Source of the DNA: Candidatus Brocadiia bacterium
Lineage (GTDB): Bacteria > Planctomycetota > Brocadiia > SM23-32
Assembly (NCBI GenBank): GCA_046538485.1
Contig: JBKHIT010000007.1
Span: 48,165-112,164 of the forward strand
DNA length: 64,000 nucleotides
Direction of reading: 5' to 3'
Positions 29,392 through 39,472 of this stretch are shown piece after piece. Under the pieces are notes generated by a model. It did no database searches, was not told the origin of the DNA, and was given only the letters and a program-made list of their open reading frames with translations. The translations under genes and the position numbers were made by a program. Positions within the stretch are counted from its first letter, which is position 1. Every line of letters begins with the position of its first letter.

Positions 29392-31881
29392 ATGTACGAT
29401 AGATTCACGGAAAAAGCCAAGAAAGTTATAAGTTACGCAAAACAAGAGGCCCAGCGGTTGGGGCATGAATATATCGGTACCGAACATTTGCTTCTCGGCG
29501 TGCTCCGGGAAGGTACCGGCATGGCCTATACTATTCTCCAAAGGCTGGATGTCGATCCTAAACGAGTCCGACTTGAAATCGAAAAGCGTGTCCGACACAG
29601 CGCCGAAGGCGTTGATTCGGGACAACAATTTCCGTTTGCTCCAAGAGCTCGCAAGTCGATTGAATACGCGGTAGAAGAGGGGAAAAGACTCGGCCAGAAT
29701 TACGTTGGTACGGAACATATTCTGCTGGGTTTATTGAGAGAGGCAGAAGGAATTGCCTCAAAAGTCATCCGGAATTTTGGGGTTGAATTTGAAGATGTGG
29801 AGGAGCAGCTATTTGAGCTTCTGGGCCCCGAACTCGATGCCGATGAAGAAGATGAATTTGATGAACGAGAAGAAGATTCAAAGAGCAAAACCCCTGCTCT
29901 CGATTCGTTCGGGCGGGATATGACGGAACAGGCCCGTGAAAACGAACTCGATCCGGTGATCGGACGTGACCAGGAAATTGAGAGAGTGATTCAAGTCCTG
30001 TGCCGTCGCAAAAAGAATAACCCGGTCTTGCTGGGCGAAGCCGGGGTGGGGAAGACCGCTATTGTTGAAGGACTTGCCCAGAGGATCGTCTCGAATAACG
30101 TTCCCAGCATCCTCCGTGCTCGGCGAATCGTGACGCTCGATCTCGCTTTGATGGTGGCCGGCACGAAATACCGCGGCCAGTTTGAAGAGCGTATCAAGGC
30201 GGTTATGCAGGAGGTCAAGAAGGCCCATAATGTCATCATTTTTATCGATGAATTGCACACTCTGGTGGGAGCGGGTGGTGCCGAGGGAGCTATCGATGCT
30301 TCTAACGTGCTGAAACCACCGCTTTCGCGCGGCGAAATTCAGTGTATCGGCGCCAGCACGCCTGACGAATATCGCAAACATGTGGAAAAAGACAGTGCCC
30401 TGGAACGTCGTTTCCAGCCGATCATGGTGAGTCCGCCCAACAAACAGGAAACGGTCGATATCCTGCGTGGTTTGCGTGAATGTTATGAGTCTCACCATAT
30501 GGTCGAGATCACCGATGCAGCGATCCGAAATGCGGCGGATCTTTCAGGACGTTACGTTACCGGACGGTATTTGCCGGATAAGGCCATTGATGTGATCGAC
30601 GAAGCAGGTGCGCTTGTTCGTCTCCGCTCGATGAGTGTCCCTCCAGAGGTTTCAGAAATCGATTCTCGACTGGACGAACTCGGCGTGGAGTTGGATCAGG
30701 CCGTCCAAGAACAGGATTTCGAACAAGCTGTTTTTTTGCGTAACGAACGGGATAAACTGCGGGAACAGAAATCAGAGTGCGAGGAACAACAACTTCTGGA
30801 TGGTGTCCAGGGCGTTGTGGATGAGGATGTTGTCGCTGAAGTGGTTTCCCGAATGACCGGGGTGCCATTGACGCGGCTCACCGAGGGCGAGGCGGAACGG
30901 CTCCTTAGAATGGAAGAAAAACTTCACGAGATGGTCGTCAGTCAGCATGAAGCCGTAGAGGCTGTAAGCCGGGCGATCCGCCGGTCGCGAGCCGGTATGA
31001 AAGATCCAAGCCGACCGGTCGCAAGTGTTATCTTTGCCGGCCCAACCGGCGTGGGGAAGACCCACCTCGCACGATCGCTGGCCAAATTCCTCTTCGGCGA
31101 AGAGGAAGCGCTGATCCAGGTGGATATGTCGGAGTTTATGGAAAAACACAACGTTTCCAAGCTTGTGGGGGCCCCTCCCGGTTATGTCGGCTATGAGGAG
31201 GGGGGACAACTGACCGAACAAATTCGCCGCCGGCCTTACTCAGTGGTTCTCCTTGATGAGATCGAGAAAGCCCATGGTGAAGTCTTCAACATGCTTCTAC
31301 AGATCATGGAAGATGGCCACCTGACGGATAGTTTTGGTCGGCGTGTGGACTTCCGAAACGTCGTATTGATTATGACATCGAACGTGGGTTCGGAAATTAT
31401 CCGGAACAGTGCAGGACTCGGATTCCGAAAACAGGATGAGGAAGCCACTTACCAGAAGATCAAAAAACAGGTGATGGAAGAGATCGAAAACCATTTCCGT
31501 CCCGAATTTCTGAACCGGCTGGATGATACCATAGTCTTCCGAACTCTCACGCGGGAAGATCTGCAGCAAATCGTACAGCTGGAACTGGACAAAATTATGG
31601 AGCGGCTCAGCAGTCACAAAATTGAGCTCGTCGTTACTCAGGGTGCACTTGATGTAATCATTGAGCGAGGTTATAACCCCGATTTTGGTGCACGCCCCTT
31701 GAGAAGAGCGCTGGAGTATCTGCTTGAGGATCCGCTCAGCGAGAAGATACTCAAGGGAGATCTGAATACCGGAAAAGTTGTTGCGTATCCTGATGGCGAC
31801 AAGCTACGCTTCGAATCTGAGAAGGCCGGCGAGACGGAAAGCGATACCAAAGAAGAGACCGCCACAGCGGCGAAGACGTGA
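29392..31881 (+). CDS. clpC: ATP-dependent Clp protease ATP-binding subunit ClpC
   Basis: Clp N repeats, two Walker A motifs ([16 protein letters not shown]), UVR middle domain, GLGF loop. Confidence 0.96.
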   Translation: MYDRFTEKAKKVISYAKQEAQRLGHEYIGTEHLLLGVLREGTGMAYTILQRLDVDPKRVRLEIEKRVRHSAEGVDSGQQFPFAPRARKSIEYAVEEGKRLGQNYVGTEHILLGLLREAEGIASKVIRNFGVEFEDVEEQLFELLGPELDADEEDEFDEREEDSKSKTPALDSFGRDMTEQARENELDPVIGRDQEIERVIQVLCRRKKNNPVLLGEAGVGKTAIVEGLAQRIVSNNVPSILRARRIVTLDLALMVAGTKYRGQFEERIKAVMQEVKKAHNVIIFIDELHTLVGAGGAEGAIDASNVLKPPLSRGEIQCIGASTPDEYRKHVEKDSALERRFQPIMVSPPNKQETVDILRGLRECYESHHMVEITDAAIRNAADLSGRYVTGRYLPDKAIDVIDEAGALVRLRSMSVPPEVSEIDSRLDELGVELDQAVQEQDFEQAVFLRNERDKLREQKSECEEQQLLDGVQGVVDEDVVAEVVSRMTGVPLTRLTEGEAERLLRMEEKLHEMVVSQHEAVEAVSRAIRRSRAGMKDPSRPVASVIFAGPTGVGKTHLARSLAKFLFGEEEALIQVDMSEFMEKHNVSKLVGAPPGYVGYEEGGQLTEQIRRRPYSVVLLDEIEKAHGEVFNMLLQIMEDGHLTDSFGRRVDFRNVVLIMTSNVGSEIIRNSAGLGFRKQDEEATYQKIKKQVMEEIENHFRPEFLNRLDDTIVFRTLTREDLQQIVQLELDKIMERLSSHKIELVVTQGALDVIIERGYNPDFGARPLRRALEYLLEDPLSEKILKGDLNTGKVVAYPDGDKLRFESEKAGETESDTKEETATAAKT

Positions 31882-31909
31882 GCGTGGCGGCGCTCAACAG
31901 TTCGAAGAT

Positions 31910-32353
31910 TTATTCCCAAATACGAGATTCAATCCCCCGAAACTCCAAAGTCAGGAGCCTCGACCTGGGGTTTGTGGTCCAGTAGTGCAAATGGCTTGAG
32001 CAACGGCAGTCGGAACAGCCAAATCCCCTTATATTCGCTTCCGCTTCTTTTTGAACCTTGCGATTGAGTTCGCATTCTCCCCCGCCGAGTAGCCAGATAA
32101 CTGCGGAGTCAATTTTACATCGAGGTTTCAGGTAGTCAATATGCCAATGCTTTTTGCTCTGTGTATTGGAATGACGTTTAAGGCGTTTGCCGATTCCTGA
32201 AAGAGCGCTGCCGACATACCCGTAATAGCCCGGCTGAAAAGTCAGTTTTCCTCGCGCGCCGATGCAAATTGATTGCTTTTGCGGACCAAGTTTAAGGACC
32301 AGGACATAGAGCCCCGGTTGATTCTCGATATCAGCGTTTTTGGCCGGCATCAT
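31910..32353 (-). CDS. GIY-YIG-like (DUF123/Uri) nuclease family protein
   Basis: GLYVL...GYYGYVGSA, HWHIDYL, GFGCSDCRCSSHL. Confidence 0.85.
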   Translation of the reverse strand: MMPAKNADIENQPGLYVLVLKLGPQKQSICIGARGKLTFQPGYYGYVGSALSGIGKRLKRHSNTQSKKHWHIDYLKPRCKIDSAVIWLLGGGECELNRKVQKEAEANIRGFGCSDCRCSSHLHYWTTNPRSRLLTLEFRGIESRIWE

Positions 32354-32912
32354 TCCAGAGCCCTCGTTGCTCACGATGAGCTTGTTGTTCCAGTTTAATG
32401 AATGTTTTACGGTAAGGATGGTTCCATTTTCGCGTGGCGGTCCCAAGACCTTCGCGGATAAGTTTACGATTAACGAAAATTTCGTGTTTGCCACGTGTTA
32501 CGAAGATATAGGCGAGCGTCCGTCCGTAGTCGTCCCGACGCTGAGGTCCGAATTCGAGTCGAACAGTCCTTCCTGAGGTCCAATCTTGCAGTTTTTTGGT
32601 AGCTTCTTTAGCCCAATATTTTACGTGTTTCTGCTGCATAGCAAGCCAGGCTGCCTGACGGTTAAGTTTGTTTTTGTTATGGCTGTCGAGAGTATCAACT
32701 CCGATGAGACGTACTTTTTTCGTTCCATCGAGCTGAAGGGTGTCGCCATCATACACGAACGTGACTTTTCCAGTAGGACCATTTTTTACGGCCTGCCGCT
32801 TTTGTCCCGACTGAAAAATCCAGAGGAGGCCCATCCCGCCGAAAATACAGAAGAATACAAGTAGAGTTCGTGCATTGATTGAACGATCTTTTTTCCCGTT
32901 TGATGAATTCAT
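32331..32912 (-). CDS. Thermonuclease (SNase) family protein with N-terminal membrane anchor
   Basis: VYDGDT, VRLIGVD, DDYGRTLAY, QRGLW. Confidence 0.88.
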   Translation of the reverse strand: MNSSNGKKDRSINARTLLVFFCIFGGMGLLWIFQSGQKRQAVKNGPTGKVTFVYDGDTLQLDGTKKVRLIGVDTLDSHNKNKLNRQAAWLAMQQKHVKYWAKEATKKLQDWTSGRTVRLEFGPQRRDDYGRTLAYIFVTRGKHEIFVNRKLIREGLGTATRKWNHPYRKTFIKLEQQAHREQRGLWNDAGQKR

Positions 32913-33062
32913 GGTGAGGGCAAATCTCCAGCAGGAGCAAAGCGTGTCTGTCCGGTCGAACGATAGCTCAGTCCATTATATCTGTCAAGCTGAGATGTTG
33001 CTCTTCAGTTCCGGATGGGTTAACATAAGGAAGGTTGAGTGTTTCACAGCGAGGATCTTGTC

Positions 33063-35099
33063 ATGAACGGTGGAAATCTAAACGCTTTTTTTTGTGGGTT
33101 GGTTTGTCTTTTTATCGGTATTGCCAGCCCGGGGTGCATCCAGCTTCCCATAAAAGAAGAAGCTGAAGAGGCCGAGGGGCCGCCCCCAATGACTCAGGCT
33201 CAGCTCATCAGCTACGCTCAGGCTGAACAGCTCCTCGTCTCGGAAGAGCCTGCCACACGAGAAAAGGCCGCCATTAAGCTATTGGGGATGGGGAGACCAG
33301 AAGCAACCGAAGCGGTACTGGAACGCATGCAGAATGCGGAAGATCCACAGGCCCGTGTGGATATGATCAGGGCAGCGGCTTTCTGCCGAGCACACCGATG
33401 TTTTGAGGCGATATTGGAATCGATTAAGGACCCCAGTGACAAGGTCAAAAGGGCAGCGGCTGACGCTCTCGGCCATTTTGGCAAATCGGAAGAAATTGAA
33501 GCCATGAAAAAAATCGCTGGGGATTCCTCTACTTCCCCGCGTGTGCGCGAGTTGCTTTACCGGTCCCTGGGAGAAGGAATATTTTTGCAGGCAACACCTG
33601 TTCTTCTCCAGGGCCTGGATGATTCTCATCCTCAAGCTGCTGAAGCGGCGCTCTGGGCTTTGCGGCATATGTCGGGGCGTAATCTATCCGGGGAACCCGC
33701 GCGTTGGGAAAAGTGGTGGGCCGCGAATCGTGCGAGAACGCGAGAAGAGTTACTGGAGGAAAGGATCTGGAAACTTGAATCGAACTTAAAAATAAGCCAG
33801 AAAAAGCGCGACGAGCTTCAGGACGAACTGGATGAGCTTTCGAGCCTAATGAGGTATTCCGCCCGGAGCAACCCCGGCAGGTTGGTCAAGGCACTTCTGA
33901 GCGAACACCGCAGAATTCGTGAACATGCCGCTTACAAACTTTCGAGCCTGGATCGTGACATGTTGAAATCGGTTTCACTGAGTAGTAACGAGACGTACGA
34001 GACGCTCCGGCAAGCACTCGTGCGCAGTAGCCCGGCTATCCGGGAGAATATCGTTGAAGTTGTTGTCAAATTGGAGGGCAATCACCGCAATACGTTGCTG
34101 TTAGAGGCCCTCAATGACCACGATCCGGACGTTTTGGTAACAGCGATTGGTGCTGTTAACCAGCAGATGGGAAAGCCAGCCGTCGAGCGACTCAAGGAAC
34201 TGCTTCAACACACAAAACCGAGTGTGCGGGAAAGCGCAGCCAATGCGCTCGGGAAAGTGGGTTCGGACGATGCTGTTCAATCCTTGCTCGGTGTGCTTAA
34301 TGATAAAGCCGAGAATGTGCGATGGTTCGGTGTGGAAAGTCTGCGGAAACTTGATGCCGTCCGGGCCGTACCACGTCTGTGCGAAGTGCTTGAGAATGAC
34401 GAAAGTGCCCGGGTGCGTGAAATTACGGCAAATGCGTTGGGAGACATTGGACAGCCTGCAGCGGTGCCCGTGTTGCGTGAGGCTCTTGCTGATAAAAACG
34501 AAAGGGTGCGAGAAGCAGCGGTGTCAGCCTTGAAATCATTGGCAGAAAGCAATTTCGAACGGGCACTTATCATTGCCGAGATACTTAAAAAGAAAGATCG
34601 CGGCGAGGCGGCCATCGAAGTCCTCCGTAAAGGGATACAGGAATTTGGCGATAATGAAGAACTGGTCGAACAAACGCGTGAAGCACGCCTGGAGCTGGCG
34701 GAAATTCTGGAAAGACAGGAGGACTTTGTCGGGGCGGCAACCGTTTACCGAGAAATTGTAGCGCGTGGACATGACGATATGAAAATCCGAAGTGAGTTCA
34801 TTGACTGCTGGTTCAAGGCTGGGGAACCCCAACGTATTCTTGAGCTGATGAAGAAATGGCTCGATTCGGACGAAGGGGGGAAGCTGGAGGCGCTCGTTGA
34901 TCTCGGGCTTGAAACCGTGAAAAAGCTACGGAAGGCGGACGAGCAGGAACTCGCGACTCAAGTTCTTGAAGTGCTCACAGCTGCAGCAACAAGAGCGGGA
35001 GAGGAAAAACTCCTGGAGCGTTTGAAAAAAGCGGAAATCAAAAAGCCCGAAAAAGAGGGAGCGGACAACTCTGAAACGGAGAAAGAAAAGGAAGAGTAA
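33063..35099 (+). CDS. HEAT-repeat lipoprotein
   Basis: Lipobox-like ASPGC; repeated VRExAAxALG units; WEKWW motif; TPR-like tail. Confidence 0.75.
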   Translation: MNGGNLNAFFCGLVCLFIGIASPGCIQLPIKEEAEEAEGPPPMTQAQLISYAQAEQLLVSEEPATREKAAIKLLGMGRPEATEAVLERMQNAEDPQARVDMIRAAAFCRAHRCFEAILESIKDPSDKVKRAAADALGHFGKSEEIEAMKKIAGDSSTSPRVRELLYRSLGEGIFLQATPVLLQGLDDSHPQAAEAALWALRHMSGRNLSGEPARWEKWWAANRARTREELLEERIWKLESNLKISQKKRDELQDELDELSSLMRYSARSNPGRLVKALLSEHRRIREHAAYKLSSLDRDMLKSVSLSSNETYETLRQALVRSSPAIRENIVEVVVKLEGNHRNTLLLEALNDHDPDVLVTAIGAVNQQMGKPAVERLKELLQHTKPSVRESAANALGKVGSDDAVQSLLGVLNDKAENVRWFGVESLRKLDAVRAVPRLCEVLENDESARVREITANALGDIGQPAAVPVLREALADKNERVREAAVSALKSLAESNFERALIIAEILKKKDRGEAAIEVLRKGIQEFGDNEELVEQTREARLELAEILERQEDFVGAATVYREIVARGHDDMKIRSEFIDCWFKAGEPQRILELMKKWLDSDEGGKLEALVDLGLETVKKLRKADEQELATQVLEVLTAAATRAGEEKLLERLKKAEIKKPEKEGADNSETEKEKEE

Positions 35100-35162
35100 T
35101 CGCTCATCAGATGTCAGTCCTTCCCTCGCCGGTTATCTTGCCAATATTACTGGCGAAGGCTC

Positions 35163-35582
35163 TCAGTGAATCAATTTTCCTGTCGTGCCGAGGTTAAGTT
35201 TGCCGTATTTAACCCCGCGCATACTGATGAGCTTTTCTCCGAAAGCGCGCACTTCTTTGCCCGGGCCTTTTAAAACGATAATTTCAAGACAATTATGGTG
35301 GTCAATATGGATGTGCAGCGATGAAATGACCTCTCCTACGTGCTCGTGTTGTGCGTCGAGTAAGCGGGTATCGACGGACATTTCATGGTGATCGTAGACC
35401 AGGAATAAGATGCCAAAATTTTCCGTTTCGCTGGCTGCCCACTCCTCTTCTACAAGTTCTTCCCGGATCAGGTCGCGGATAGCCTCCGAGCGGTTTTCAT
35501 ACCCCTTGTCTCGAATCAACCTGTCAAAGTTGTCGAGCAGGTCCATGTTGAGTGACACTCCAAAACGCACCGTTTCTGACAT
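35163..35582 (-). CDS. nikR: Nickel-responsive regulator NikR
   Basis: RFGVSL...NRSEAIRDLIR ribbon-helix-helix; YDHH; HIHIDHHNCLE. Confidence 0.95.
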   Translation of the reverse strand: MSETVRFGVSLNMDLLDNFDRLIRDKGYENRSEAIRDLIREELVEEEWAASETENFGILFLVYDHHEMSVDTRLLDAQHEHVGEVISSLHIHIDHHNCLEIIVLKGPGKEVRAFGEKLISMRGVKYGKLNLGTTGKLIH

Positions 35583-35761
35583 TTCTATCCTCCTCAGACA
35601 AAACCTAAGCTGTCTGCGATAAACATTCTCAGCTTTAGTTGTTTACTCCACCACAGGTCCCGGGCTGGGGGAGACCTTTTGGCCTTCGCCAATTTTTGGA
35701 CAGATCAGGCAGGCCCGATTGGCCCTTTACAGCATGCCAACAGACACACTGGTTGTCAACA

Positions 35762-36159
35762 GAGGGATTTGCGCTGTGGGTCCTGCGGGTGCTGATAGCC
35801 GTACATTTACCGAAAATCGTGCCGCCTGTTCCCATTGGACCGAGCGCAAATTCCTCAAGTTTCCTGCGGAAAAGTCGTTAAAGGTTGTGGTAATATAAAC
35901 CTTATGTCTGGTGTCAATCATTCTGTAAGCTCGCAACCTCGCTTCTCGACGGCGTATCCTGCAGACTCGAGTTCAACTGAGCCCGCCCCGGCGGGCGAAA
36001 GTGGACTTGAGGCGGACAGATGCCGGAAAATGCCAGGTAGCTGTCGGTCCGTATCGCCGAGGCGGACCTGCCGTTCGTTCTTCTGCTGTTTTGCTCCGAG
36101 ACCTGCGGTTTATGGCCCGCGTTCTGAACTCCAGCCTCCGGCTGAAGTCTAGTCCGCTC
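35762..36159 (-). repeat. Modular palindromic repeat family, copy B
   Basis: Colinear with 60360-60708 (e.g. GCGCAAATTCCTCA, ATGTCTGGTGTCAATCATTCTGTAAGCT, GGCCCGCGTTCTGAACTCCAGCCTCCGGCTGAAGTC). The left motif recurs degenerately at ~36317-36339. Confidence 0.9.
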
Positions 36160-36659
36160 GCGGATCCGGACCCGCTTACAAATCCGCCGGGCTTGTCCCG
36201 GCGTGCTTAAGGATTCAACCTGCAATTGTGGGGTAAAAAGTTTTTTATGGCCATGCTAAGTCCCGATTGTGCAAATATTTCTGATCAACGCAAATGACTC
36301 TCAACATGAATGCGGGAGAAGGAAATTGCGCTGCAGGTCGTCTCGTGGTTTGGTGGCCGTGGATTCCAGGGTGAAAACTTTTTCAGCCCGGATTTTTTGA
36401 TGTAGAAGCGCTTCTACGAGGTCAGTTGGAGGCGCGGCGCTAAGAGTAATACAGCCAAATCCCTGCGAGGCCGCAACGAAGAAATGACCCGGCAGAATTG
36501 CTCCCTACGGGCCGGACGGCGGCGGCCCATCTGCGGCGTTGCAGTTCGGCGTGGACCCACTTGGGTCGAACTTCTCACTGCACCTTGCATCTGAACCACC
36601 GACGACCGGCTGAACCCACAACATCAAATGGAACGGACCACCAGCAGGTCCGGTGTCGA

Positions 36660-38129
36660 TTAATTTGCCGGGATTTCCAATTTTTTGGGTTCAGGCGCCG
36701 GAAACGGTAGCTGTTTGATGATCTTTTTGACTGAGAAACGTTGCGGGAACTGGAGGTGACCCTTTTGCCATGAACGGAGTTTCTTGATGAACCCGGAGTT
36801 GGTTTGGTGCCATGCGGCGACAACTCGCTTGCCCCAGTATCGCAGCATCGCGGTGCCGAACCGGAAAGTTGAGAGTGATCTGAGGGAGGACCGGACCGAA
36901 TAGAACCGCCGGTTGGCGCGCATCGTGCCGAGTTGAAGTTCGAGGGGGGTCATTCTCGCGGGTTCGAAAACGACATGATGGCCGTCGTAAAGGGACCAGT
37001 CGCGGGTGATGATCCGATCTTCCTCCACCAATCGGTTGAACAACTGGGTTCCCGGAACCGGTGTGAGGATCAGGAACTGAACCGTATCGATTTGATTGTG
37101 GCTGGCAAATCCGATTGTTCTTTCAAAAGTTCCCTTGTCGTCGTGCTCCGCCCCGAACATGAACATGCCGTGGACCGGAATTCCGTAATCGTGGAACCCC
37201 TGGATGCTCTGTTTTATGTCGTTGACGCTCTGGTGTTTGTTGTAGTCGTCGAGGACTTTTTGGTTGACGGATTCGTAGCCGACATAGACACGGCTGCAGT
37301 TTGTCCGCTTGAGCAGGTCCATCATTTCTTCATCGCGCCATGTATCGGCGCGAACCTGCGCATACCAGCGTTTCGGGAGCCGGTTTTCGGTCAGGAGCCT
37401 GTCGAGCAGTTCTTTTGTTCGGCTCGGCACGGCCGTGAAATTGTCGTCGCACAAGAATACGTTTTTGCCTTTCCAGGATTTTGCTTCTTCCACCACCCGA
37501 TCGATGCTGGCCATCCGATATCGGCGTCCAAACATCCCGGAGACACAACAGAAAGTGCAATTATGCGGACACCCCCGGGTTGTGAGGGCAGGAGTAATTT
37601 TCATCTGGTCGTGGTCTGCGATCAACTCGAGGTTGGGCATCGGGATCTCGTCGAGTTCGCATTTGAGGGGCTGGCGTTCGTTATGCACGATATCTTCGCC
37701 GTCCCGGTAAACGAGATTGGGGATGGAGGAGAGATCTCTGTTGTTTCCCAGGGCATCGACGAAGGCGGGGAAAGATTCTTCGGCTTCGCCCCTGAGGACG
37801 TAGTCTCCGAACTCAAGCCCTTCTTCCGGCATGAAGTTCGCATGGGGTCCCCCGAAAATGACGGGGATATCTCTCAAACCGAGAAGCCGGGCCATTGCGT
37901 ATCCGCGGGGCGCGGTGGAGGAGGTTATGGAGATCCCCACCAGGTCGCTTTTAAATACGTCCCAGGCCCGCTGGGGGTTGAATTCGGTCAGGTCTTCGAC
38001 GTAGATCGTGACGTCATGGCCTTGCTGTTCGAGAATTGTGCCCAGGATTGGGAGCCCCAGCCGGGGGATGGCCAATCCGCTGTAAACGTGGTAGTCAGGG
38101 GAGCGAGGTTCAATCAGTGATATCTTCAT
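36660..38129 (-). CDS. B12-binding domain radical SAM protein
   Basis: LGLPILGTIL, FGGPHA, RGEAE; TRGCPHNCTFC (CxxxCxxC); DDNF; GYES. Confidence 0.9.
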   Translation of the reverse strand: MKISLIEPRSPDYHVYSGLAIPRLGLPILGTILEQQGHDVTIYVEDLTEFNPQRAWDVFKSDLVGISITSSTAPRGYAMARLLGLRDIPVIFGGPHANFMPEEGLEFGDYVLRGEAEESFPAFVDALGNNRDLSSIPNLVYRDGEDIVHNERQPLKCELDEIPMPNLELIADHDQMKITPALTTRGCPHNCTFCCVSGMFGRRYRMASIDRVVEEAKSWKGKNVFLCDDNFTAVPSRTKELLDRLLTENRLPKRWYAQVRADTWRDEEMMDLLKRTNCSRVYVGYESVNQKVLDDYNKHQSVNDIKQSIQGFHDYGIPVHGMFMFGAEHDDKGTFERTIGFASHNQIDTVQFLILTPVPGTQLFNRLVEEDRIITRDWSLYDGHHVVFEPARMTPLELQLGTMRANRRFYSVRSSLRSLSTFRFGTAMLRYWGKRVVAAWHQTNSGFIKKLRSWQKGHLQFPQRFSVKKIIKQLPFPAPEPKKLEIPAN

Positions 38130-38293
38130 GGCGTGCGGGTACCCGTGAATCTGAGTCGGTCGGGAGAGGATGGTTACGGACGAGACAGCCGGTCACGTGT
38201 TGGTCACCTGCTGTTTTGCTATCGCTTGAGATGATACGTGTGTTCAGTTGCAAAACTGCCTTCGGTACAGTCGGATAGTATGGGGAGCGGATG

Positions 38294-38370
38294 TGGTAGC
38301 GGGGGTGGGACTCGAACCCACGGCCTGAGGCTTATGAATCCTCCGCTCTAGCCAGCTGAGCTACCCCGCC
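38294..38370 (-). tRNA. tRNA-Met(CAT), probably elongator
   Basis: GGCGGGGTAGCTCAGCTGGCTAGAGCGGAGGATTCATAAGCCTCAGGCCGTGGGTTCGAGTCCCACCCCCGCTACCA: cloverleaf, CAT anticodon, encoded CCA; lacks the initiator GGG/CCC anticodon stem. Confidence 0.93.
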
Positions 38371-38393
38371 ACCGGTAAAACAACTACATATAT

Positions 38394-38421
38394 ATTATAA
38401 ATCTTCCCCCCCTTTTGTCAA
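38394..38421 (-). promoter_or_regulatory. Sigma-70 promoter of the tRNA
   Basis: TTGACA-16nt-TATAAT on the minus strand. Confidence 0.75.
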
Positions 38422-38438
38422 GAAGCTGCTGTTCTGAT

Positions 38439-38467
38439 TTGACAGCGGGACGACCACCTTCTATAGT
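38439..38467 (+). promoter_or_regulatory. Sigma-70 promoter of the hydrogenase-metVF operon
   Basis: TTGACA-17nt-TATAGT, back-to-back with the tRNA promoter. Confidence 0.75.
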
Positions 38468-38593
38468 CTTATTCTCTGACTCTGTCCGGGAGTGGGCGTC
38501 CGCCCCTCCATGGTTCGAGTGACTCCCATCTTGACGCCTTGATGGGCGTTGGAAATTGAAGACTCTGTGCGGCAGGAAATGAGGGAGAAAAAA

Positions 38594-39472
38594 ATGCCGG
38601 TAAAAGAGATACCTGTGATCTGGTTGCAGGGAGGCGGATGCTCGGGTTGCACTGTGTCGCTTGCCAATTCCAAGTTCCCCTCTTTGCGTAACATTTTGAT
38701 CGATCAGCTCCTCCCCGGAGCGCACTTGAACCTTCTTTATCATCCCACTCTTATGGCTGGAGAAGGTGAGCAGGCGTTCTCGGTTCTGGAGGAACCCCCC
38801 GACGGGTATGTGCTGGCCGTGGAGGGGGCGATCCCCGAAAACGAGCGTTTCTGCACCATTGGTGAAAAGAACGGCGAAGAGGCGACCATGCTTGCCAAAT
38901 TCGTGGAACTTGCCCGGGACGCCTCGCTCGTCCTGGCCGTCGGGACATGTTCATCATTCGGCGGAATACCGAGCGGGCATCCAAACCCGGGACAGTATCG
39001 GCCTGCGCATGAAATCATGCAGAAACATGACATCGAGATACCTGTGGTGAACGTGCCCGGTTGCCCGCCTCATCCGGATTGGATAACAACAACTCTGAGC
39101 GAATTCATGCTCGCCTCCGGCACCGAGGGCGTCGCCGTCGACAAGTGGCACCGTCCGCTGACAATCTACGGACAGCTCATCCACGAGAATTGTCCACGAC
39201 GCGCTTATTTTGATGAGGGCAAGTTTGCTGAAACACCCGGAGACCCCGAGTGCCTGTATGAACTCGGATGTAAGGGACCAATTACGTATGCCGATTGCCC
39301 CGTGCGGGAATGGAACGGGGGCACCAACTGGTGCGTCGGTGCAGGCGGGCCGTGTAATGGCTGCACGCAACCCGAATATATCGACGAGGTCACTCCGCTG
39401 TATCGCAAACTTCCCGAGGACGCACTGCCGAAGATTGGACAAGTTAACTCACCAGGAGATGATAATGAGTAA
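38594..39472 (+). CDS. [NiFe]-hydrogenase small subunit (group 1a-like, no Tat signal)
   Basis: WLQGGGCSGC, VEGAIP, GTCSSFGG, PGCPPHP, HENCPRR, CLYELGCKGP, NWCVGAGGPCNGC; ATG 38594 after GAGGGAG. Confidence 0.93.
   Translation: MPVKEIPVIWLQGGGCSGCTVSLANSKFPSLRNILIDQLLPGAHLNLLYHPTLMAGEGEQAFSVLEEPPDGYVLAVEGAIPENERFCTIGEKNGEEATMLAKFVELARDASLVLAVGTCSSFGGIPSGHPNPGQYRPAHEIMQKHDIEIPVVNVPGCPPHPDWITTTLSEFMLASGTEGVAVDKWHRPLTIYGQLIHENCPRRAYFDEGKFAETPGDPECLYELGCKGPITYADCPVREWNGGTNWCVGAGGPCNGCTQPEYIDEVTPLYRKLPEDALPKIGQVNSPGDDNE

Noticed and set aside
35727..36152. Small ORFs shared between repeat copies (e.g. AYRMIDTRH..., RAQIPQVS...)
   Set aside because: Similarity appears on both strands, starts and stops differ between copies, and many changes are non-synonymous. 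This is explained by the nucleotide repeat.
38130..38370. Genomic island integrated at tRNA-Met
   Set aside because: No integrase and no duplicated tRNA 3' end were found in the window.
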